A stretch of DNA of 64,000 nucleotides from Antedon mediterranea (lineage: Eukaryota; Animalia; Echinodermata). Numbering within the stretch: the stretch's first letter is position 1; each line of letters opens with the position of its first letter. Below are positions 39,601 to 52,000 of the stretch, piece by piece. Where the stretch lies: positions 17,502,871 through 17,566,870 of the forward strand of contig NC_092676.1 of assembly GCF_964355755.1 (NCBI RefSeq), in the 5' to 3' direction. Position numbers and translations under genes: made by a program. The notes beneath the pieces were generated by a model. The model had not been told where the DNA came from. It saw only the letters and a program-made list of their open reading frames with translations, and did no database searches.

Positions 39601-40065
39601 AATCAAGAGAGTTAGACCTCGCTTTAAACTTTAAACTAATGGAATCAAAATTCACCATATCAAACATGTATGTCTCTGCTTTAGGTTCATGTTTATATTA
39701 TTATATTACATGTCGTTACTTTCATTATCTTTGCTATGTTATGTTCTGATCACTTATAAATGTTGTATTTACTCAAGCATGTTGTAAATTCCATGTTTCC
39801 AACTCTGCTCGTCACATATGACATCAAATAAATTTATAAATTGTAACAAATCCTTTTGTATGATGTATTAACTTCTTACCCATTTTCAATAAAGAAACAA
39901 AGGTCGCTGTTTAGTGTACAGATAACTGGCATTTTGGTTGATGGATAACCAGCTGGAAGATTAACCCATGCCTCCAATGTAAAACTATTAGACACTCCAA
40001 GATTGGTTATGCTATTTAAAATTACATAGTCATCGATGCCATCAAAGTATAAGGCTTGGTTTATT
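34056..40065 (-). CDS. Paralogue B C-terminal LamG-like (concanavalin/pentraxin-type) domain and tail
   Basis: [11 protein letters not shown]...FTLEAWVN...[11 protein letters not shown]...LSLFLNG...[25 protein letters not shown]...LLEAHYSLD...[11 protein letters not shown], ending [18 protein letters not shown]. Confidence 0.88.
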
Positions 40066-43000
40066 CTAGAAGACAAATAAAATAAAAGAATCAGACAAAC
40101 TAACCTCATTTATGTTTGCATCCAACATAAAAGGACTTGATTCTATAATTATGATCAACAATACCAACCTATCTGCACATCTGTATGAAAGCTTCGAAAA
40201 GATAACATCCGGTTGAGCATACACCATGACCCCTAAGCGACCTCCTACATAAGTGGTATCATAGATATCACCAGAATCTGTTAGAGTGGTTTCCTCTTGT
40301 TTAATCAAAACTCTTTAAAATGTTAAAATGATTATAAAATATCGTTAATTCTTTCTTTTATATTATATACATTGCAGGTCCATACCCATCCATACACCAT
40401 AAGTTGGATGAGCTACGAACATTTTTAAATGATGAAAATTGAAAATAATGCAATATCAACGACATTCTGTTTTCAATATTAATTTTTCTGAATATGTAGA
40501 ATGGATTTACTCTGCATAAAATGTATGCACAAGTGTTTTTCTTAGACAGCCTAGGCAACATCCGAATGCTCGCAGCTAATTGACGAGGATTTTACTTCGG
40601 TTGTTTCTCTAGATTTACAACAAAGGGAGAAAGAAATTAACGGAAATTAAATATTGTTTTACATACTATTCCCTGGTTCTAAATACCTGATGAGACCTAT
40701 GGAAGGTCTGTGTGTGAGTTGCCAGCGATATGATGTTTCATGTTCCCAGCCTCTCATCTCTGGGTCATGCCATAACAACTCCACCTCATTATCAGTAGTG
40801 TAGGAGTACCAAATTGCATCGGAGAGGGTACCAGAAGGCCCAGATGATGATGCCACTTTCTATAAAAAATAAAACCACTACTGTACCATACAACTGTTTT
40901 TTCTTTTTTTTCTCTCTCTCCTTTAAGAAATTCTACTAAAATTTCTAATTTGATGATGATTTGTATTTAAGTAATCACATAAAACTTGATTGCACTTAAA
41001 CAAAACAAATACATGCCATGACCAGACGACTTTCAGCGGGTCAATTATTATCACACAATATTCAAATTAATCTATTGATTAATCTATATCTCTTAGCCCA
41101 AGTACTTACTTTAATCTGAATGCCTTTTACAGCAGCTTTATAACTTGGATTATTCAAATTTGCATGTTTCCACATGACAAGGTAGAATTTGCGGTTGCTT
41201 TGGTAACCAAAAACAAACCCCATATAGCTATCGCCATTTTTATTATTCACGTACATTGTCCCCGAATAATCAACAGCTCCAACACGGTCAGATCCAATAA
41301 GCATGGTTGGCATCTCAGTGGCAATCATTTGTTGAGCTTCTTTTCCCTAAAACGAATTTAGACAATTTGTTAAAAGTCATTTAACAAAATATATCTCAAA
41401 TAGTAGGAAACAATTTAGGGCTTCATGAATAGTTTTGAAGAGGTTTTATAAAGACCAGTTAGAGGAGAATTGACTGTTTTACTCTTTTTTAAATGTTAAG
41501 ACATATATTAGGCCTACTAAACTTACATCATTTCTGACAGTCCATTCAGGATCTGCAGCATTTACAATACTGTCAAGGTTTACAGTGATGTGGTTCTCAA
41601 AGCTTGTACTCTGATATTTATATACTTTCATGCAGTTATCTTCTTCATTAATGACACCATCTCCATCATAATCATCTTGGCAGGCATCACCAAGACCATC
41701 ACCATTGCTATCAGTTTGGTTTGCGTTCATGTATAAAGGGCAGTTATCATCTGAATTACTTATACCATCACCATCTTTGTCACCGTCACACATATTACCT
41801 TTAAGATATAATTATTTAAAATATACAACTGATATTACTCTTGTTAAAGGTGTCTTTTACTACATTACATTTGTATTGGGTTTCTTTGACATATCAATAA
41901 ATGTTTATACCAAATGCAAAGTATGACTCACCTATGCCATCTAAATCTCTGTCAGATTGGTCTGGGTTCGGTACAGTACCACAATTATCAAATTCATTGA
42001 TTACACCATCTCCGTCACTAGAATACAGAGAATGAAAATTAGTTTAAGTATCTTTAATAAGAATAAATCAAAGACGTTTTAAATTAAATGTGTCAAATGA
42101 TATAGAGTTGAAATATGTGTTATCCATCAGCAGCTTAACTAGCATATATATATAACATTCAACATGAACTATTATAATTTTGTTTCATTGACTTTTTTTC
42201 AAGAATTCTGAAAAAGGGCACTTTCTGAATAATCAGGAATTAATGTAAAAATCTTCACGTAGATTCATGGTATACATTTCTCGATTGATGTTTCTACAAA
42301 CACCCTAGCTAAATATCAAAATCTGTCGTATTTCCCAATACAATCTCCACTTACAAATCTTTATCATTGGCACCAACTACATCACATAAATCTCCAAAGC
42401 CATTTTGATCTGTGTCTGTTTGAGTAGAATCAGAGGTTCCGATGCAGTTATCACAATCATCCCCAACACCATCACTATCCTCATCTTCCTGACCACTATT
42501 TGAAATGAAAGGGCAGTTATCAGAACCATCAACAACACCTGTAAAAAAATAATATCAAAGTCGGGTGTTTTTTTTTTCAAATTAAATGGTTTAGTTTGAA
42601 GTATCCCAAAAATCGTGGAAAATTCAAGCAAAGAATTCCAGAAAGTTTGGCAGTGATGATGGGGTTTTTATAGTTTATACATTTCTACTGTAGGTTTGAT
42701 TTAATAAGTTTAAAAAGTTTTCAAACAAACAAATAAAGTTAGGTTAACCATAAAACTATTGAGTAGATAGACTTACCATCACCATCATCGTCGGTATCAC
42801 ATGCATCACCTTCTCCATCTTCATTGGTATCTAACTGGTCACTATTGGCATCACTGGGACAGTTGTCACAAACGTCACCAACACCATCTGAATCTGAGTC
42901 ACTTTGGTCAATATTTGCCACAAACTGGCAATTGTCCTATAATAAAATAAATACTATTTACAAAATAAAATACTTCGGCATTCTAGTTGGCTTTCTGAAT

Positions 43001-46000
43001 TCCGTTTTTTAAGTCTATATTAAACACTGTTGTATGTTTTACTACTTATTTACTATTTTCGAAAACAGACTATTATTAAATGTTAAATGTATTATTCTGG
43101 TACTCAAATTTAACGGAAAACTGAGGAAATTCGGATTAGGCCCTCCACGAACCTACGGCAGCAAGCAGTGCAGTGTCTACCAGATCAGGTAAGGTAAATT
43201 ACTTATAAAATTCAAATAGTATTAATATATATATATATCTGTAACTTACACTTGTGTCATCTATATGGTCATTGTCATCATCACTATCACAGATATCCCC
43301 AATCTGATCGTCATCGTGGTCTTCTTGTCCACTGTTTGGAATATTTGGACAATTGTCCTAAGAATGACATAGATAATTCATTTCAAACTTCAATGAGCAT
43401 TTGAAAGATTAGAAAATCACACAAAATTTATTCATTATCATGTTTCAATCCACAGGCAACATACTTAATACTTATTGTTATTACTTATTTACTTACTTAG
43501 ACTACTTAATCACAAACATAAGGATAGTAGTATGCACATATGATTTCTAGTCCTTAAGCTCTGTCTACACTCTCAAACTAGTGTGTACCCAAATATGGTA
43601 GTGATATACCCGAGTATGGTAGTGATATGACATCATCATGTCCATATGGACACATCATATTTTTTGTCACATAAAGTTTGATAGTGTAGAACACTAAACA
43701 TCAAAATTAATGTGATGATTACTGTCACGTCACTCTCACATTTCCAAGTTCTAAATCAACCCATAAATCAAAAGTATGATATATAGAAAAGCAAAGTTTC
43801 TGACTCTGGGATATCTAATTGACAAATTAGAATTTAGAAAACATACGTTGTTAGTTGCCATGTATAAGTTCTTTTTTACTTTGGTTTTCAAGAACTATGC
43901 CAATTATGTCCTTTCTTCCGTAAAAGTAATTCTTGAGTTAGAACTGACTTACTCTATGGCATGATGTATCTATACAAGGCAGATTATTGAGAGGCAATCC
44001 ATCCGTGTCAATATCAACTTCACAAAACACTCCATCGCCAGCAAAGCCATCATTGCACTACAAAAAAAAGATAGGCTATATATATTTTATGCAATTTGGT
44101 AATTCTTAACAAAAAGACACAAACGAGAAAGAATTTATTATCTGGATGGTTTTCTGGATGGTATTGTAATTGCCAATTCGGCTTAATTTGATCTGTTTGA
44201 TCCTATATGTTGTTGTCTGCAATGAAAATACAGATATATTTTCGGCACAAGTGGTTGTATCGAAATTTTCTGTTGAACTCCAGGTGCAAGGTTCACTAAA
44301 AACAATAAAGTGTTTTTAATTTCATTTACCTCACAGACAAATTTTCCAGTACCGGTAGATGTGCATGTGGCATTACTGTGGCAGTTGGCTACACCTGTAG
44401 CACAGAAATCACCATCAGTGCATCCAAAGTAGCCATCACCAAGGTAACCAGGTGGACAGTAACTGCAATAATAGCTTCCCTAAAATTTAAAAAAAATGAA
44501 ACACACGTCACATTGATTTTATGCGGTGTTTACAAATTGACTAATTTAATATCATATAAACTGAGTTATGATATTGTATTTTTAAAAGACAACACCACCT
44601 AATAATAACAATTTTAACTTACTGCAGTGTTAACACATTTTGACAATAGATCGCAAAAATTTTTTCCAGTTTCACATTCGTCTATATCAATACAATCCTA
44701 AGAGAGAAATGAATATTGTACAAAAATGAATAGTGACATAACACACAGCTGGTTTATATACAATAAAAAAAGTCATGCTGTCAGTATTTTAGAATAAAGA
44801 ATAAATCTTTCTAGAGTTTATATTTACAATAACACATAGGACTTCTACTATTCATAAGCGCTGTATAGAAAAGTATAGAAGTTAAAAGTTAATTTTGTGA
44901 CAATTAGAACCCGACAAATATCCTGACTTTGATAAATTTTTACAAACATTTAATCATAATCATCATGGTTTAATAGCTACAAGCAGATAAGTTGCAAACT
45001 TTACTTATATATTTAGCTATAAAATAAATCTTACTTGTTGAATATTAATGGCATCTTCAAGGCCAATACCATGAGGTGTATTACCAGAGTAGCCTGGAGG
45101 GCATCCGCCACACTCATAACCCGGATCTAAGTCAATACAAGAACCAGCATCCCAGCAAGGTGTAGCTAGTGTACACTGAAAAAGATTATGAAATATGATA
45201 GAAATGGGGACTATAACATTTACATATCATGTGTGGTAAAAATGTATTTAGGAAGAATTATTTGGTTTCTGCATTTCTCTGTTTTCATTTATATTTGAAT
45301 GAGTTTGATCATACATTATGACCAAAAAATGTATGGTATATATGATTTTTTAATAGGAGAAACTAGGGTATTAGCTGCTACATCGGGTGGTCTTGCAAAC
45401 TTTTTACTGTATACAGTATTCCATATGGGAGACAAATATATGATTCATGATTTTAGACACAAGTTACCGTAGCACATTGGTACTTAGCCATTGTTAATCG
45501 CAATGAAGTGGAAGAAAGTATTGCTACTGTTTAATCCTACCTCATCAATATTTGTGCATGTCATTCCATCTCCTTCATAACCTGTAGGACACTCCCTGCA
45601 TCCATAGTAAGGAGCTGAATCAGTATTAAAACACACTGCGCCTGGAAAGCATGGACTTACTAGTGCCATGCATGGGCCTAGGATTCAAATTAAAAAGTAT
45701 CATTTTACTATTCTTCTCCTTTAATTAAAATCACAATTGGCAGTTGCATGTGATGTACAGACATTTATAAAAATTGAAAATTTAACATAAAACATTTATT
45801 GTACTTTACGTGAAACATTATTTTAGATTACCTTTATTTTTTCCAATGCTACGTACACCACGAAATGTTTTTAAGTTTCTGTAGTGTTATGTATAAACAT
45901 AAAGACATTTTACTGCTATCAATTTACAGGAAAATGATGCAGTCTGCTGTACTTACATGTTGAAACACTCGGACAGGTCTTGCAAACGCCACAATCTCCA

Positions 46001-49000
46001 GCCGACCATTCAAATATCCCACATGGCTCACATTTCCACTTGCCTTCAGTGCTGGTGTAGCCTTCAGGACAGCATTCACATGATCCCCGTCTGGTTAAAT
46101 TCTGATAAGAACCAGGGGGACATGGTATACAGAATTCTATGGAAAAAATAGAGCAAAAAAGAACAAAATTGGTTACATTATCAAATTTTCCTATTTACTG
46201 TTAACTATTATAATTGATATTTGGTAAATTACCCTATAAGATAGTTCTGGTTCCCAGTAAAACATATGCAAGATAGACAAAATCCAAAATACGGTTTTTA
46301 TACTATACCTGTGTCATAACCTTTTGAGTAAGTACCACGTCCACATTCAGTCTGCTTACCATCAAAACATGCGGTTCCAACTTCACACAGGGTACAAGAT
46401 TCTGGGCAGTGCTAAACCAATAAAATAAATATTTTGCATAAATACAGGTTTTTTTTAGCGATACTAGTTTCTTTGTCATGTTTTCCTATTTTAAAAATGT
46501 AAGACAATTTAACTGCAGCCAAATACTGTCGATTTTGAATATGGACACACATTAAACATTGCAGCAGAATATTTGACAAATACAGTAGGTATCTTTCCTT
46601 TCCTAAAACCAGACGATGTATAGGATTTAAACATTCTAAAAAATTGTACCGTAGTATTACATATTCCATGGTGATATGTAGGGCATATTGTTGCATATCC
46701 ATTTTCGCAAAGCTGAAATGAAAAGAAATAATGACATACAAGGTGATACAATTTAGTTGATATCAAGAATTAAGCCCAATTTCAATACTAACCAAATACT
46801 ACTATTATCATTCTTGTGGATTCAAGCATTATTGTTGCATAGTAATTAGCTTAAGAATTACAGTATAGATGATATATTTATATGGACACTTGGTACATTA
46901 ACATAAGTAAATAGGTGTATCTTCATTATTCAATGTTTAGTTTTAATCTCTAATATTAATAGCCGTCTTTTCAAATGTATTTGCAATAAGTGATTATATT
47001 TTAATATTATATACATTTTTAACCTATATTATTTCTTTAAGATACTGCAAACTCACAAATCCTTCTGGGCATTCTGAACATTCTGAAGCATGGCCAAAAG
47101 AATGCTCTGTTGGACTACGATCACATGTCAGAGCATCATCGTCACAGCGTCCACACATTCGTTGGATGCCATCTCCGATACAGTAATAGGTTGCCTCACA
47201 ACGCTGACATTCAGTCAAATCTTTCAGAAAGAAAAAAAACATATATTTTTTGTTGCAAAAAGTGTGTATTTGTAAGTAGGCAGTGTAGTTTTCTAATATA
47301 ACTTTCTGTAGATTTGATACCATAAAGAATATATTAAGTAATTTTGATTAAAATATATTACATTTGTGAGTTTCAATGAAACTTTTTTAATTTTAACTTA
47401 CATCTAAATCTTTGCTCTGTACTACACCCTCTAACTTCTAGTCTCATTGCAACAGATCCTTTCCATGTTGTTGGTATGATCCGAATGTACTGAGCATAAT
47501 AGTCTTTGCCAAAGAAATTGGCTTTTACCATGGACTGATCAGTGTTACCAGTGAATTTCTATTCACAATAAAATCGAAAAATGTTATCGCAGAATAACCA
47601 TTTTTAAAATAAATTTATTCATTAATAAAGTAAGAGATAATAATTTTTTTTATAAATACTGTGATCTTACTTCTCCTATATCTGTCCATGTAACGGTATC
47701 ATTTGAGAAATGTATTTGATATTGAGTAACCCATGCTTCAAAGTCTGCGGTACCTTGTGTAACGACTCCAGTAAAGACATACGGCTTAAGCATATCTACT
47801 TGAAACCATGGACTTAGATCTGTTTCCTCAGCCACCCAGCCTAAAATGTGCAAGAATTATATAATTAAAGTTATGTCATATTCATTACATTTATGATATA
47901 ATCACATGAGAACTACCGATGACTTCTACATTTTGAAAATTGAAGCCGTATGTCAATCTGTGTTCTTATTATTATTGTGGTGGCACTGCATGAATGATTG
48001 GGAAATATGTTATAGATTTCTGTGAAGACTAACATTACAACTATCAGCTTTTAATGTATTAGCTTAGATATCATTATCTCACCAGATCCAGCAGGGATGT
48101 TAGGATCTTCTTTGATAAACAGGCGTCCTCGTCCAGGATTATACAGTTTCTCACTGCTTGATGCTGATAACTGTGTATCTTGAATGGAACCAGAGATTAA
48201 TCCAAGATCTTTTTTACAAGCTGTAATTTTTAGAATTAATGGTTTAACATTTAGTAACCTTAAAACATTTTAATTTAACTCAACCTAAAGGAAGTTTGGC
48301 CATGGATTACATAGACTGGATTCAAATCTTATTAGAATGTGATAAAAAAAAATGTGAAAAAAACAAAAAGTCTCTATCTATATCAGGAGTTTAATAGTTG
48401 TATAATTATATCATTTCAAATCCTATATAAAACCCAAATAATTTAACAGTAAATTAAAAAAATTACAATAATTAAAATTCTCACCAAAGTCAATCATGTA
48501 ATACTGAGGTACACGTAGATACAATTCTCCCGTACTGTAGTCTATGTCCATGTATGTTGGAATATCGTCATGCAGGAGATCATGTAAACATGTTTCACTT
48601 AGCGTTACATTTACCATAGCTGTGTCACCTCTAGGTGGTGTACCCCCATCAATAGCTGCTATGGTTATTTCTAGTGTGGTGAATGTTTCATTTATAAGAG
48701 GTCTAAAGGCAAAACAAATAAAAGGTTTACTAGTTATGAGTGTCCAGTTGCGTGTGTTAAAATCAAATTAATATTTGTATGGGTATTGGCCTTATTAGCA
48801 AGTAAAACATGTTATCTACAGCTTATATTGTAATGACACAAAACTCTTAGTTTATCATTACGTCTCAATAAATGTTCCACTAGTATGATACGTGACAATT
48901 CCATTATCTCCACCATCGGCATCAGTTGCTGTCAAATTTCCCAAAGGATTCATCTGCATGGGTGGAATTGGGAAGAAACTATAACTAGCACTGGACAGGA

Positions 49001-52000
49001 TGGGACAATTGTCATTTACATCATTGAGAAATATCTGAAAAAGAAACATTAGAGAATTAAACCTGTTGTTTAATATTTTACAAAACAATTAGAAATTGTT
49101 ACAGTTAATTTAGGTAAAAGAAAATATACTGAAAGTTGCAATAAAAAGAAATGGAGAAGCCATCAGAAATTGAGGACTGTCTTACCAAATAGCAGACGAC
49201 ACATTATAGTTTGTAAATTTAAAGATGTATTGTCCCTTGAAACACAAAAAATGAAGGTCAAAATATTCTAAATTTAAATTGGGCATATCAAAGTAATATT
49301 AAAATTATTCACTTTAAGTCGAAAATTCAAGCCAAAAACACAAGTTATACTTAATTAACAGGTAAATTAGTTTGATTATATTTTGTCTGGAAAATCGTCA
49401 CGAGCGAAAGTAAACAAAGATTTCAAACCACGAGTATGGATTATGCATATGCTAATTAGGATTGTTTACAACTCGTCAGAGTGAGAATGTGTTTTCACAC
49501 AGATTGCTAGAAAGTTTTATGATTATGCATACAGAGTAGCCAAATAAGCGCGTTGCATTATTGGATATGTTGTGATTGAAAACTTTGACTGAAAGGTAAA
49601 GTTATTTTTTTAACAAAAACACGTCTGTATTTGAGTTAAATGATTTTTTTGGACTAATTTTGGTGAAAGTTAATAACTCACCTTGACAGTTATTAACCCA
49701 ACGGTAGGGGGTGACACATTGTCATCTGTGACTTCAATGATAAGCAAATATTCGGTAACTTGTTCATAATCAAGAGTTGTTGCTATAGTAATCAGAGCCT
49801 TGTCGGTGCCAATATCAAATTCCTGGGATCCTCCAATATTTGGTTCTGGATCTGAAAAAAAAAATGTTATTTGTTATGTTAATGTTATTAAACATTAATT
49901 GAACGCATAGTTCTATAAATAATTAAACTGGTAATACTATTTATCAGCTTTGCATGTTTAGTACCATTTAAGTCGGAATTACAAAAGTGGCATTTCATCA
50001 CATTTATCATTCTTTTATTTATAGGTAACTTAATTTTAAAGAAATCCATAAGAAAATCTACATAAATATATGTCTTATGGAGTACAGTTGTAATGTCATG
50101 GACTTCTTAAAAATTCATTTTACATTCTTGTATTCTCACCTCCTACTGTTGATTCTGTACAAATATAGAAAGTGGTACCGTTGATGATTTTTGTAACTAG
50201 AGACGAGGAAGTGGTTGGTGGTTCACCTGCGTTAATGTTGTCAGTACTGTACTCTTTGACAGTAAAGTGACGGCCTCCATTACCTGAAAATGCGTAGATT
50301 AAAGTGTATTCCTCGATATGACCATCATCATTAAGAACTAATTTCATTCCATGTTTACATTGCTATTGATCATTATTGACAACTAGATGTTTATTGTTTT
50401 TTAGTGAAAATTAATCTCCGTGGAAACTACTGTGGATCATTCAATATTGAAACATTTTATTGTTGTAGTGTTAGATTCCATAGATATAAATAACAGTAAA
50501 CATTTCTGTATAAATTTCCAAAAACTGAGTGAACATGATGTTTTCTAAATTCATAAGATCTACATTTGACCGAGGATTGAGTGTATAAACCTACCAACCT
50601 GAAACAATCGTAACATTATAATTGGGACCAGTAGAAAAGGCATCAGCAACCCATATTGTTTCAATAATCCCATCAACATACAGGTCTTCATCAATAGTTA
50701 TAGCATAATCAGCAGGTGGTTCGTCTACTTTAAGATCCAGAAACGACACGCCTTGCATTTCAAAGTAGAATTTTGAAATGCAAGGTTCTCGCTCAGTCAA
50801 AAACATGTCAAAACGATAAGTTACTCCAACCTAAAATAAAAGTATTTAAATTTTCATCTCATGTATAAGTAGGTAATGAAGCTCACAACTGTCTTGTACA
50901 TGGAGTGATAGTTTCCGAAACTTACTGTTAAGTCTAGGTAGGCTCGTTCAGAGTTGACATATCCAGTTGTAACACAAACCCCATCTATTATAGTTCCCTC
51001 TTGTGGTGTGACATACCCACCACCTGCAACATAAAGTAAGCCCAATGTTATTGGGGTTTTTTTCAATTTAACAAAAATGGAACATTTTAGTTTTAATTCT
51101 GCTTCATTAATTTATAAAGTGTAGATTGAACGGTATTATACACCTTCCTGACCGTCCCCTCCTTTCTCTAAATAAAGCTATAATGTTTTGTTTACATGAT
51201 TTCAAATGTTTTATGAAAATCAAGCGTACCATTTGCATTTGATAGTTGTATGCTCTTGCAATAATCAGGATCTGTTGCGCCACCAACAAGAACTTGAATA
51301 ACTAACACCTTGTTGATATACAACCACAGTTCATCTCCTCCACCTAGTGTTATAGTTTCCGTACCTTGGAATACAATTCCTGTTCTTAGCACACTTGTAA
51401 ATCTAAAGATAAATAACATATTTGTTTTAAATTCCACACTTCTAATATCTATCAAAAGACAATCTTGCAGAACATGCTTATTTGTTTTTATATCCGTTAT
51501 ACAAGTCAATATTTACTTTTATATGTTTCTTTCACAAAAAAAACTTGTTTTACCAAAGGTTAATCGCATTATTCTTAATTTATGAAAACATATATTATTT
51601 CACAACATCACAAAATAATGCAATAAACAAAATGAAAGATTACCCAAAATTATGAAGAAAAAAATCACAATCTCGTTGACCTTCTGATGCGTAACCTAAG
51701 CCATCAACTGGAAAGTATTCATCTGTATAGTACCTAGAAAACAAATTGTTACAGTAATCCAAACAATGTTATCCAATCTGTATTGCATAAATAAATTTAA
51801 AACAGTAATATACTGAATTTGTATGGAAGTGACACAACATCAATTTAATATATATATATTTAAGTATAGCCAGTATTAGTATGTTAGTTAAAGAGATATT
51901 GTGTTAAGGGATTGGGTTGGTTGGTATTCTTAGGAAAATAATAATTATAATTATCTTCATGAATTATGCAGGCCTATCCTTATTCAAACAAATATTGTAA

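Larger units (their letters stand above)
36040..39700 (-). mobile_element. 5'-truncated LINE (C-terminal CCHC zinc-finger region plus 3'UTR) interrupted by two Helitrons
   Basis: 39337-39700 encodes [20 protein letters not shown]. The frame resumes at 36765 ([21 protein letters not shown], stop 36686-36688). The 3' end has a hairpin, AATAAA and (TCTTA)n tail near 36040-36115. Confidence 0.75.

Noticed and set aside
41527-43357. Integrin-binding RGD in the TSP type-3 repeats
   Set aside because: The equivalent position reads DGLGDAC. An RGD does occur in the cadherin turn (GGTPPRGDT) of both copies, but it sits in the conserved DGGxPP turn and I have no evidence it is functional.
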